From the NCBI GenBank assembly GCA_002269645.1, contig NIVC01000010.1, positions 1,798,001-1,862,000 on the forward strand: a DNA stretch of 64,000 nucleotides. The letters are read 5' to 3'. Source of the DNA: Macrostomum lignano. Its lineage: Eukaryota. The position numbers and the translations under genes are program-made. The notes under the pieces are model-generated. The model made no database searches. It saw only the letters and a list, made by a program, of their open reading frames with translations, and was not told the origin of the DNA. Positions 45,251 to 57,450 of the stretch are shown one piece after another; the first letter of the stretch is position 1; each line of letters begins with the position of its first letter.

Positions 45251-46116
45251 TAGCTGTTTTTGCTGCATCCTTAATTACCTCCCAACGCGGCTAGAATTGC
45301 CAGCTCTCTCTAAAGCTTACTTGACAGACTCTCGAATCAAGCCTCAACCTATGGGATGAGCAGAAACGTAAAAAAGTGAATCAAGGCTTGTGTTAACCAG
45401 TAAAGTAGCAAAAATCAAACAGAATGCAATGTACCGGTAAAAATTTGAAATTCAGCTAATAACTAAAATATTATCTGTTCCAATTAGCTGAACGAGACAT
45501 CTAAGAGATGCTATATACCTTGAGACGAAAGGTCAATCGAATGTTAACTATCATCGGCAACTCCTATTACCGCTGCGATATTTGAGATAAAAACTGCGTA
45601 TTAAATACTAGACTAAACCGGATTCCGGGCACGCAAACGTTCTTCGTGACGTGACGTACGCTCGTGCCTCGTATTTCACTTTTTTAAATTCGTGATCTAA
45701 GTCGTAGCTCGTGTTTCTTTTGTTGAAAAATGACTTCATAACTGATTGAATTGAAAATTTCTTGATTTGCTCTAAAAAATTTTAGGACACTGGAGCCAAA
45801 GGCAGCTTTTGGGGCTTAAAATTGTCTTGTGGGTTGTACCGTGCGATTCTCACCCAGGAGAACCAACCCACAAAACACAGAGAATGTACATGCCAGACGA
45901 TTAGAAAGTCAGGCCCGCTGTGCACCCTGAGTGAGCGCGTGTGTGAGTGCGTGGCTGAGCTTGCATGTGCTCAGCAGTCAGAGGAATGGGCAGAATTTCC
46001 TCAGACGTCGCGAGGCTTGGACGCTAAGCTGCTCTGTTCATATTTGCTTTATGGCTTTAAAAGCCCGGGAAATTGATTTTTAACAAATGTCTTTTTCATC
46101 AATCATCGACTGTCCC

Positions 46117-47733
46117 TCACACAGAGGTCTCGTACACCAGGCAGACAGCCTCGACCAGCATGGGAGTCGGGCTAGGGCTGGGACTGGCACTGCGGGCCCC
46201 CTGAAGGCAGCCGCGACCTCCTGGTGGCAGCAGGCGCACATGCTGCTGCTGATTGCCGTCTCTGCTGAAAACCGGTATAAGACCAGCCGACTTCTTGTCT
46301 CTCCGCGGCTGCTCCTCGCAGTCCTGACTGAGCGGCTCGCTGAACCGGACCAGCCGAGGCCGCTGACGCCATTGGCGACGCCGATGCCAGCAGCAGAAGT
46401 TGGCCAGGCCTTCGCGGCAACGACAGACCAGCCGGCGACCGAAATCCGTGGTGCAGGCCAGCAGTAGGAAGTTGAACAGCGAGTCCAACTCAACCAGAGT
46501 GTTCACAACCAGTTCCGTGAGCGGCGCTTTGTCCTCAACAAAGCCGCAGAGATCGGTGGGACTCTCCAGGATTAAACAGCTGACTGACAGGGCCACGATA
46601 ATGCGAATCGCTTGCCGTTCTCGCCGGCTCTGTCGGCGGCCCTGCCGCATGTCGGCGGGCGGCCGGGTTCGCCTGGCCGGAGCCAAGCGGCTTCGAGCCG
46701 CGGAGGCCTGGCGCAGCACCCGCACCGTGATGCAGGTGGCCACGAATATTGACACGATCGGGAGCAGGCCCTGCAGCACCGGTTGGATGGGTGATAAGGT
46801 TTAGTATATTAGACTAGCGGTTTTCGGCCCCCCTCTGGGGGTATAATTGATCTCAGCAGATATTGTTGATCCTGCTTTCCCATACTATGCATCCCATCCT
46901 ATTACTATGGATCCTATAACATACTATATAGATCCCATCCCATCCTATTACTATGGATCCCATAGTAGGGTTAAAAGGTTAAAAGGTTAGAAAGGGATTA
47001 CAGATAGCTGCAGTTTACATCAGCGTGCGTCTCAGCACTAGCACTATAATTTCGAGCTAAACCCTTCCCCTAAAAATGCGCATTAGGCATCACCTGACCT
47101 CACCTGGAAAGCGTAGAATGCAAATTCGATCGCCCGTGCCTGACTCGAACTTAAATACTGACTTCTCAGCTGCCCATCCTGCGCCATCACCATGGCAACG
47201 CTAAGCGTCATAGCTACACAGCCGATACCGGTTTCCATGACAACCAGGTAAGCCAGACGAAACGCTGTGCCTCGCTGCGACGTCAACGGACGAAAGACCG
47301 CTTCTACGCGCGACCAGGACACGAGGCACATCGTCCAATTGCGCATGCACAGTGCGGCGCGAAGCGCGCACAGCAGCACCAAAATTGGCGCCGGAGTCTC
47401 CGCAGATTGGTCAGCCGAGGCGGGCAACACGGCGGCAGGCAGGTAGGAGGCGATCACGCAGCTGTGAAACAGCAGCTCGAACAGGGACATGGCGACCAAC
47501 AGGCGGCGCAGCACTGGGTGCACGCTGCGACCTCGGCGCAGAAAATGGGCAAACGCCAGTACAGACAGGCAGCAATTCACGCTGGACAATGGCAGGTAGA
47601 AGTACGGCTCCAGTGGGTGAGCGAACCGTTTCACTGGGCTGCTGATATTGCTGAAGTTGCTGACGCCGCCGCCGATTCTGTTGTAGTTTGACGTCAAAGC
47701 AGCTGCAAGCTCGTCGTAAGTTGCCAAGTCCAT
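46117..47733 (-). CDS. Rhodopsin-class (peptide-receptor-like) 7TM GPCR, 427 aa, two exons
   Basis: Exons 47733-47104 and 46770-46117, phase 0 (CAG|GTGAGG ... CTGCAG|GGC). N-terminal NFS/NIS sequons, hydrophobic TM segments, WSRVEAVFRPL at the DRY position, GLLPIVSIFVATCITV (TM5), AIRIIVALSVSCLILESP (TM6), LVELDSLFNFLLLAC (TM7). Confidence 0.8.
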
Positions 47734-48317
47734 ATTGTGCTCTAGGCCAGCTAAAAGATTTCGTGCAAGTAAAGACTTCTTCTGTTTTGTGCCTACATAG
47801 GTATATATATAGAGAGAGCTACCGTTCTTCATCCGTGCATGCGTATGTGCTGAAGCGGCTTAAAACCCAGGGAGCGAGAGCAGCCAATCCGGTTGCAAAA
47901 TTGGATTCGGAGAAGGCGGTTGCTGAGGCTGAATCGCGGAGGATGAGGTGGAGAGGCTGGGTAGGGGGGATGAGCTACTCTCCGGAGAGGCTAAGAGGAT
48001 ATTTCAAAGGGGATTATTGAGTGACTTAGGAGCAGCTAAGTTCTACTGAATCCCCATGCGTCTGCAGCATAAATGAGTTTTTGTTAATCCACCTGTAAGA
48101 GAAAACAAATTAAATTTTTATTTGTTTCTTTGTTTGTTCAGTGATTAATTTTGCATTCTGTTTTGTTGCTGGTGATTTTAATGAAGAATTGAAAGAAAGA
48201 AGAAATTTTAACCAAAATCAGTGATTACAAACCACTTTTACAAATGGAGATGATAATAAATAATGCCGTTTTAAAATATTCATTTGTGTTCATGCCTTTT
48301 ATCATACAGGAGCTGTC

Positions 48318-49352
48318 TTTGTGAGTAGGTTATCCTACAAGTGATGTCATTTGTGAGTAGGTTATCCTACAAGTGCTATCATTTGTGAGTAGGTCATCCT
48401 ACAAGTGCTGTCATTTGTGAGTAGGTTATCCTACATGTTTTGTCATTTGTGAGTAGTTTATCCTACAAGTGCTGTCATTTGTGAGTAGGTCATCCTACAT
48501 GTTTTGTCATTTGTGAGTAGTTTATCCTACAAGTGCTGTCATTTGTGAGTAGGTCATCCTACATGTTTTGTCATTTGTGAGTAGGTCATCCTACAAGTGC
48601 TGTCATTTGTGAGTAGGTTATCCTACAAGTGCTGTCATTTGTGAGTAGGTTATCCTACAAGTGCTGTCATTTGTGAGTAGGTCATCCTACATGTTTTGTC
48701 ATTTGTGAGTAGTTTATCCTACAAGTGCTGTCATTTGTGAGTAGGTCATCCTACAAGTGCTGTCATTTGTGAGTAGGTTATCCTACAAGTGCTGTCATTT
48801 GTGAGTAGGTCATCCTACATGTTTTGTCATTTGTGAGTAGTTTATCCTACAAGTGCTGTCATTTGTGAGTAGGTCATCCTACATGTTTTGTCATTTGTGA
48901 GTAGGTCATCCTACAAGTGCTGTCATTTGTGAGTAGGTTATCCTACAAGTGCTGTCATTTGTGAGTAGGTCATCCTACAAGTGCTGTCATTTGTGAGTAG
49001 GTCATCCTACATGTTTTGTCATTTGTGAGTAGGTCATCCTACAAGTGCTGTCATTTGTGAGTAGTTTATCCTACAAGTGCTGTCATTTGTGAGTAGGTCA
49101 TCCTACATGTTTTGTCATTTGTGAGTAGGTCATCCTACAAGTGCTGTCATTTGTGAGTAGGTTATCCTACATGTTTTGTCATTTGTGAGTAGGTCATCCT
49201 ACAAGTGCTGTCATTTGTGAGTAGGTCATCCTACAAGTGCTGTCATTTGTGAGTAGGTCATCCTACAAGTGCTGTCATTTGTGAGTAGGTCATCCTACAA
49301 GTGCTGTCATTTGTGAGTAGGTCATCCTACAAGTGCTGTCATTTGTGAGTAG
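48318..49352 (+). repeat. 32 bp minisatellite
   Basis: Unit GTGAGTAGGTCATCCTACAAGTGCTGTCATTT. Confidence 0.95.
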
Positions 49353-49681
49353 ATCAAGCCAACATCTTGCATCCTTGTAAAGTTTTTCACTGAAGCGTTT
49401 ACTGTTGGGGAGGCACAGCTTCAAACGGAATTATGTTCGCGTTTTAAGAGCGACTCAACATCGACTCAAAAGAAACCGAAGGCTTTATAAAATTACTTCG
49501 GTAGAAGCTTCAGCTTCTTTAGTCATTTTCCTGCAATTAAGAAAATTTCTACAACTAATGCCAGAAGAAAATCTAGGCTAAAAGATGCTTTTGTAAATAA
49601 AAGGTTATTAGTCTTAAAAAAACCTTCTTTGATGCACTCTTCAGAGTTTTCGCTAAGTTTGCTCGTATTACCGTCTCTACC

Positions 49682-52019
49682 TTGCAGGCTTGGCGCCCCA
49701 GTCTTGCAGCTCTGGCCGCCCCAGTCTTGCAGCTCTGGCCGCCCCAGTCTTGCAGCTCTGGCCGCCCCAATCTTGCAGCTCTGGCCGCCCCAGTCTTGCA
49801 GCTCTGGCCGCCCCAATCTTGCAGCTCTGGCCGCCCCAGTCTTGCAGCTCTGGCCGCCCCAATCTTGCAGCTCTGGCCGCCCCAGTCTTGCAGTTGCAGC
49901 TCTGGCGCCCCAGTCTTGCAGCTCTGGCCGCCCCAGTCTTGCAGCTCTGGCCGCCCCAGTCTTGCAGCTCTGGCCGCCCCAGTCTTGCAGCTCTGGCCGC
50001 CCCAGTCTTGCAGCTCTGGCCGCCCCAATCTTGCAGCTCTGGCCGCCCCAGTCTTGCAGTTGCAGCTCTGGCGCCCCAGTCTTGCAGCTCTGGCCGCCCC
50101 AGTCTTGCAGCTCTGGCCGCCCCAGTCTTGCAGCTCTGGCCGCCCCAGTCTTGCAGCTCTGGCCGCCCCAGTCTTGCAGCTCTGGCCGCCCCAATCTTGC
50201 AGCTCTGGCCGCCCCAGTCTTGCAGCTCTGGCCGCCCCAATCTTGCAGCTCTGGCCGCCCCAGTCTTGCAGTTGCAGCTCTGGCGCCCCAGTCTTGCAGC
50301 TCTGGCCGCCCCAGTCTTGCAGCTCTGGCCGCCCCAGTCTTGCAGCTCTGGCCGCCCCAGTCTTGCAGCTCTGGCCGCCCCAGTCTTGCAGCTCTGGCCG
50401 CCCCAATCTTGCAGCTCTGGCCGCCCCAGTCTTGCAGTTGCAGCTCTGGCGCCCCAGTCTTGCAGCTCTGGCCGCCCCAGTCTTGCAGCTCTGGCCGCCC
50501 CAGTCTTGCAGCTCTGGCCGCCCCAGTCTTGCAGCTCTGGCCGCCCCAGTCTTGCAGCTCTGGCCGCCCCAATCTTGCAGCTCTGGCCGCCCCAGTCTTG
50601 CAGCTCTGGCCGCCCCAGTCTTGCAGCTCTGGCCGCCCCAGTCTTGCAGCTCTGGCCGCCCCAATCTTGCAGCTCTGGCCGCCCCAGTCTTGCAGCTCTG
50701 GCCGCCCCAATCTTGCAGCTCTGGCCGCCCCAGTCTTGCAGTTGCAGCTCTGGCGCCCCAGTCTTGCAGCTCTGGCCGCCCCAGTCTTGCAGCTCTGGCC
50801 GCCCCAGTCTTGCAGCTCTGGCCGCCCCAGTCTTGCAGCTCTGGCCGCCCCAGTCTTGCAGCTCTGGCCGCCCCAATCTTGCAGCTCTGGCCGCCCCAGT
50901 CTTGCAGTTGCAGCTCTGGCGCCCCAGTCTTGCAGCTCTGGCCGCCCCAGTCTTGCAGCTCTGGCCGCCCCAGTCTTGCAGCTCTGGCCGCCCCAGTCTT
51001 GCAGCTCTGGCCGCCCCAGTCTTGCAGCTCTGGCCGCCCCAATCTTGCAGCTCTGGCCGCCCCAGTCTTGCAGCTCTGGCCGCCCCAATCTTGCAGCTCT
51101 GGCCGCCCCAGTCTTGCAGTTGCAGCTCTGGCGCCCCAGTCTTGCAGCTCTGGCCGCCCCAGTCTTGCAGCTCTGACGCCCCAGGCTTGCAGCTCTGACG
51201 CCCCAGGCTTGCAGCTCTGACGCCCCAGTCTTGCAGCTCTGACGCCCCAGTCTTGCAGCTCTGACGCCCCAGTCTTGCAGCTCTGACGCCCCAGGCTTGC
51301 AGCTCTGACGCCCCAGTCTTGCAGCTCTGACGCCCCAGTCTTGCAGCTCTGACGCCCCAGTCTTGCAGCTCTGACGCCCCAGGCTTGCAGCTCTGACGCC
51401 CCAGTCTTGCAGCTCTGACGCCCCAGTCTTGCAGCTCTGGCCGCCCCAGTCTTGCAGCTCTGGCCGCCCCAGTCTTGCAGCTCTGGCCGCCCCAATCTTG
51501 CAGCTCTGGCCGCCCCAGTCTTGCAGCTCTGGCCGCCCCAATCTTGCAGCTCTGGCCGCCCCAGTCTTGCAGTTGCAGCTCTGGCGCCCCAGTCTTGCAG
51601 CTCTGGCCGCCCCAGTCTTGCAGCTCTGACGCCCCAGGCTTGCAGCTCTGACGCCCCAGGCTTGCAGCTCTGACGCCCCAGTCTTGCAGCTCTGACGCCC
51701 CAGTCTTGCAGCTCTGACGCCCCAGTCTTGCAGCTCTGACGCCCCAGGCTTGCAGCTCTGACGCCCCAGTCTTGCAGCTCTGACGCCCCAGTCTTGCAGC
51801 TCTGACGCCCCAGTCTTGCAGCTCTGACGCCCCAGGCTTGCAGCTCTGACGCCCCAGTCTTGCAGCTCTGACGCCCCAGTCTTGCAGCTCTGACGCCCCA
51901 GTCTTGCAGCTCTGACGCCCCAGTCTTGCAGCTCTGATGCCCCAGTCTTGCAGCTCTGACGCCCCAGTCTTGCAGCTCTGATGCCCCAGTCTTGCAGCTC
52001 TGATGCCCCAGTCTTGCAG
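49682..52019 (+). repeat. 22-23 bp GC-rich minisatellite with higher-order structure
   Basis: Unit GCAGCTCTGGCCGCCCCAGTCTT; 22 bp variant GCAGCTCTGACGCCCCAGTCTT dominates after ~51170. Confidence 0.95.
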
Positions 52020-52177
52020 GTAGTCACGCTACACTTTCACCACAGCAATCATCCCAGCAACAAGGAATCCTTAGTTCGGCATGGCTGAGCAAAGTGCACA
52101 GAACAAGAGCCATTCGCAAAGAGCAGATATCGGATTGCTCTTTGAGATAAAATCAAAGTCACGTGATGTTGACGGCT

Positions 52178-55100
52178 TCAAATGACGTCTAACAAAACGA
52201 CGTCTGCCTTTTTGTTAAGATCAGGCGAAGCAGCCAGCTGGGACTCCCTGCAGAGAGCGGGGTGCCAAGAGGCTGAGTTTATCATGCCTGCGATGCAAGG
52301 CAGTTCTTTCAAAATCCTATTCAGTGATTGTGAAAGGCGAATTCGGGAATAATTTGTTTCAGAAATTATATCAATAGTTTTGTGAGACCGCCAAACAGAT
52401 TGTAAATTACGTTGTTGGACCATATCTATCGATTTTTGCATGCTATCGTCTCCGACTCCCTATCGTCTTCTCTGAAACCCCGCTGTCGCGTCTGACACCC
52501 TGCCGTCTCATCTGACACCCTGATGTCTCATCTGACACTCCGCTGTCTCATCTGACACCCTGCTGTTTCATCTGACACCCTGCTGTCTCATCTGACACTC
52601 CGCTGTCTCATCTGACACCCTGCTGTCTCATCTGACACCCTGTGGTCTCATCTGACACCCTGCTGTCTCATCTGACACCCTGCTGTCTCTTCCGACACTT
52701 CGCTGTCTCATCTGACACCCTGCTGTCTCATCTGACACTCCGCTGTCTCATCTGACACCCTGCTGTTTCATCTGACACCCTGCTGTCTCATCTGACACCC
52801 TGCTGTCTCTTCCGACACTTCGCTGTCTCATCTGACACTTCGCTGTCTCATCTGACACCCTGCGGTTTCATCTGACACCCTGTGGTCTCATCTGACACCC
52901 TGATGTCTCATCTGACACCCTGTGGTCTCATCTGACGCCCTGCTGTCTCATCTGACACCCTGTGGTCTCATCTGACACCCTGCTGTCTCATCTGACACCC
53001 TGCTGTCTCTTCCGACACTTCGCTGTCTCATCTGACACTTCGGTGTCTCATCTGACACCCTGCGGTCTCATCTGACACCCTGTGGTCTCATCTGACACCC
53101 TGATGTCTCATATGACACCCTGCTGTCTCATCTGACACCCTCCTGCCTCATCTGTCACCCTGTGGTCTCATCTGACACCCTGATGTCTCATCTGACACCC
53201 TGTGGTCTCATTTGACACCCTGTGGTCTCATCTGACACCCTGTGGTCTCATCTGACGCCCTGCTGTCTCATCTGACACCCTGTGGTCTCATTTGACACCC
53301 TGTGGTCTCTTCCGACACTTCGCTGTCTCATCTGACACTTCGCTGTCTCATCTGACACCCTGCGGTCTCATCTGACACCCTGATGTCTCATATGACACCC
53401 TGCTGTCTCATCTGACACCCTGTGGTCTCATCTGACACCCTGATGTCTCATCTGACACCCTGTGGTCTCATTTGACGCCCTGCTGTCTCATCTGACACCC
53501 TGTGGTCTCATCTGACGCCCTGCTGTCTCATCTGACACCCTGTGGTCTCATCTGACACTTCGGTGTCTCATCTGACACCCTGTGGTCTCATCTGACGCCC
53601 TGCTGTCTCATCTGACGCCCTGCTGTCTCATCTGACACCCTGCTGTCTCTTCCGACACTTCGCTGTCTCATCTGACACTTCGCTGTCTCATCTGACACCC
53701 TGCGGTCTCATCTGACACCCTGTGGTCTCATCTGACACCCTGATGTCTCATATGACACCCTGCGGTTTCATCTGACACCCTGTGGTCTCATCTGACACCC
53801 TGATGTCTCATCTGACACCCTGTGGTCTCATCTGACACCCTGCTGCCTCATCTGACACCCTGTGGTCTCATCTGACACCCTGATGTCTCATCTGACACCC
53901 TGTGGTCTCATTTGACACCCTGTGGTCTCATCTGACACCCTGTGGTCTCATCTGACGCCCTGCTGTCTCATCTGACACCCTGTGGTCTCATTTGACACCC
54001 TGTGGTCTCTTCCGACACTTCGCTGTCTCATCTGACACTTCGCTGTCTCATCTGACACCCTGCGGTCTCATCTGACACCCTGTGGTCTCATCTGACACCC
54101 TGATGTCTCATATGACACCCTGCTGTCTCATCTGACACCCTGCTGCCTCATCTGACACCCTGTGGTCTCATCTGACACCCTGATGTCTCATCTGACACCC
54201 TGTGGTCTCATTTGACACCCTGTGGTCTCATCTGATACCCTGTGGTCTCATCTGACGCCCTGCTGTCTCATCTGACACCCTGTGGTCTCATTTGACGCCC
54301 TGCTGTCTCATCTGACACCCTGTGGTCTCATCTGACACCCTGCTGTCTCATCTGACACCCTGTGGTCTCATCTGACGCCCTGCTGTCTCATCTGACGCCC
54401 TGCTGTCTCATCTGACACCCTGTGGTCTCATCTGACGCCCTGCTGTCTCATCTGACACCCTGTGGTCTCATCTGACACCCTGATGTCTCATCTGACACTC
54501 CACTGTCTCATCTGACACTCCGCTGTCTCATCTGACACCCTGCTGTCTCATCTGACACTCCGCTGTCTCATCTGACACTCTGTGGTCTCATCTGACGCCC
54601 TGCTGTCTCATCTGACACCCTGTGGTCTCATTTGACACCCTGTGGTCTCATCTGACACCCTGTGGTCTCATCTGACGCCCTGCTGTCTCATCTGACACCC
54701 TGTGGTCTCATCTGACGCCCTGCTGTCTCATCTGACACCCTGTGGTCTCATCTGACGCCCTGCTGTCTCATCTGACACCCTGTGGTCTCATCTGACGCCC
54801 TGCTGTCTCATCTGACACCCTGTGGTCTCATCTGACACCCTGATGTCTCATCTGACACTCCGCTGTCTCATCTGACACCCTGCTGGCTCATCTGATATTC
54901 TTTATTTAATATATTTAAGACAAATTTACAATTTTCTCCGACAAAACCTGGATTCTGCTGTCTCCCTGTGAACCGCTAGATGGTTTTGATCCTACAAAAA
55001 CTACAAAGTCAAAGTCTAACATATCATTGCCATAAGCATTTTGTAATAAGGAACTATAATTGAATTAACAACCTGAGCATCAGCGACGTACTGCAGTTCA

Positions 55101-55880
55101 GCCGCATTAAATGAGGGGCTAGTTTGTGTGAGATCACGAACTGGACTTTAAAGTCGAATTTATCGATACTCATCAAATAATCCTTGATATAAGAGGTACG
55201 ATTAATTAGAGGGTCTAAAATCACCGCCTGCTCAATGAGGGCGCTTTCGAAGTTCTCCGTAATGAATTCTTTCTTGTAAGTCGATAAGCGCTGCAGATTA
55301 ATGCAAATCCGATATCCTAGCTGCAACCTACTAGCTGTGTCAGAAATTCAGTCACGAGGAGAAAAAAATTGTTTCTAAAACGGATCAAGGGTCGAGTCGC
55401 CCTCGAGTGGAAATTATTTTTTCAGCACAGCTGTTATAGCCAGCGAGGGCTGCTCAGCTAAAGATTTGTTTACCACAGATTCAACAGCTTCACAAGAAAT
55501 GATTTCCGGAGTAGGGCTTATGCTGAGACTGGAACTATTAAAGATTGTATAGGGGTGTAATTGTTGCACCTGGCGTAACCCCAACTGTGCAGGAAATGGC
55601 CGATTAAAGGCCTCTCTATGCGAGCCATACAAGCACAGTCCAGTCAGTGCAGGTGAGCGCTTTAGACTATAATTCCTCTAAGCCCCAGGATTCCAAGGGT
55701 GGATAATAGATAACGCCATTTTAGTCTTTCCTGGTAGATGGATTCGATGCGGCAGGGGATAGGGATGTGCAGGTAGCCTTAAACTGTATTTAGAGGTATT
55801 GTTTCTGTTATGATTATTTTATTGAATTCAGTTCATACTCGGTTACCTTCCACTCTGATCCCCAGCTTCTATTCCATGCC
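52178..55880 (-). CDS. Candidate multi-exon orphan gene (~210 aa modelled), function unknown
   Basis: Stop-free, phase-compatible GT-AG exons 55880-55847, 55615-55570, 55320-55092, 54991-54948, 52459-52178; the 20 bp array falls inside the last intron. Start codon uncertain and last acceptor weak; no family recognised. Confidence 0.4.
52490..54897 (+). repeat. 20 bp minisatellite
   Basis: Unit CATCTGACACCCTG(CT/TG)GTCT. Confidence 0.95.
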
Positions 55881-56262
55881 CTGCGACAGGCGCACTCACA
55901 TATACTCACACTTCATGGAAAATAAATAAACAGATATGGAAGCAACAAAGAGTGGAATAGCTATGCCCTGAATTGCTGCCTCTAAACTTGGCCCTAACAG
56001 TTGGGTTAATTTTTAAAACGGAATAGGTTAAGGTTGAAATATTTTGAAATGGGGGAGCAATGGGGAAGACCGCAACAAAGGAAAAATACCTTAACAGACG
56101 CGGCCGACGGGCGGGGCTGTTTAGCGCGATGGACGTCGGATGGTCACGGCAGTCACGGACGATCCGGAAAGGTGTTAGGGAATTAAAGTCTCAAATGATG
56201 GGGAAGGAAAGGACAGCTAGCGCGGGTGCTTCTGAGGATCCTGAGGATCTAGGAGGTACATG

Positions 56263-57450
56263 TACAGTTGGGTCCGCGGAAAGGCTCCAAATTCCTCTTT
56301 GACATGCTACTTTTTCCTTAGTAGCACACTATGAACGAAATTTAAAGCCATACTTTCTAGTTATCATATAGCCTTAAGTGCTTGATTAATTTTTGACTAA
56401 TTTTTTATGTCAGGCCATCAAGTCACCGAAAATCAAGACGGTAGAGAAGAGGCGGTAGAGAAGAAGAGGCAACAGAGAGAATGAGAGAGAAGGAGAGATG
56501 CGGCAGAGAGAAGGAAAAGAAGTAGAGAGAAGGGTAGAGAAGGAGAGAGGAGAGAGAAGGAGAGAGGAGAGAGAAGGAGAGAGGAGAGAGGAGAGAGGAG
56601 AGAGAAGGAGAGAGAGAAGGAGAGAAGGAGAGAGGAGAGAGAAGGAGAGAGGAGAGAGAAGGAGAGAGGAGAGAGAAGGAGAGAGGAGAGAGAAGGAGAG
56701 AGGAGAGAGGAGAGAGGAGAGAGAAGGAGAGAGAGAAGGAGAGAAGGAGAGAGGAGAGAGAAGGAGAGAGGAGAGAGAAGGAGAGAGGAGAGAGAAGGAG
56801 AGAGGAGAGAGAAGGAGAGAGAGAAGGAGAGAAGGAGAGAGGAGAGAGAAGGAGAGAGGAGAGAGAAGGAGAGAGGAGAGAGAAGGAGAGAGGAGAGAGA
56901 AGGAGAGAGAGAAGGAGAGAAGGAGAGAGGAGAGAGAAGGAGAGAGGAGAGAGAAGGAGAGAGGAGAGAGAAGGAGAGAGGAGAGAGAAGGAGAGAGGAG
57001 AGAGAAGGAGAGAGGAGAGAGAAGGAGAGAGGAGAGAGAAGGAGAGAGGAGAGAGAAGGAGAGAGGAGAGAGAAGGAGAGAGGAGAGAGAAGGAGAGAGG
57101 AGAGAGAAGGAGAGAGGAGAGAGAAGGAGAGAGGAGAGAGAAGGAGAGAGGAGAGAGAAGGAGAGAGGAGAGAGAAGGAGAGAGGAGAGAGAAGGAGAGA
57201 GGAGAGAGAAGGAGAGAGAGAAGGAGAGAAGGAGAGAGGAGAGAGGAGAGAGAGAAGGAGAGAAGAGAGAAAAGAGGAGAGAGAAGGAGAGAGGAGAGAG
57301 AAGGAGAGAGGGAGAGAGAGATGTGGCAGAGAGAGGAGAGAGGCTGTTTGGTGAGTCCGTTGCCCTTTTGCAATTATAAAACGCATACAAAGTGATCTTT
57401 TTTCAAAGGTTTCGAACTACAAGTGTTGAGTATCTCTTCCCGCCTTCTGA
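56263..57450 (+). mobile_element. Dispersed repeat (HINE-like), copy A, with an expanded 17 bp GA array
   Basis: Reverse-complement match to 58665-60140; starts TACAGTTGGGTCCGCGGAAAGG; internal (GAAGGAGAGAGGAGAGA)n at ~56545-57320. Confidence 0.65.

Noticed and set aside
46080-47691. Alternative-frame and plus-strand ORFs overlapping the GPCR
   Set aside because: GC-rich shadow ORFs; only the 7TM frame shows family motifs.
49523-52027. Very long ORFs (400-834 aa) on both strands
   Set aside because: They are translations of a stop-poor 22-23 bp tandem repeat, open in several frames on both strands, with no splice or codon evidence.
21150-54897. CRISPR-like periodicity of the 19-43 bp arrays
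   Set aside because: Units are head-to-tail with no unique spacers, there are no cas genes, and the context is eukaryotic and intronic.
56410-57390. ORFs of ~300 aa rich in R/E or L/S
   Set aside because: Translation of the (GAAGGAGAGAGGAGAGA)n array.
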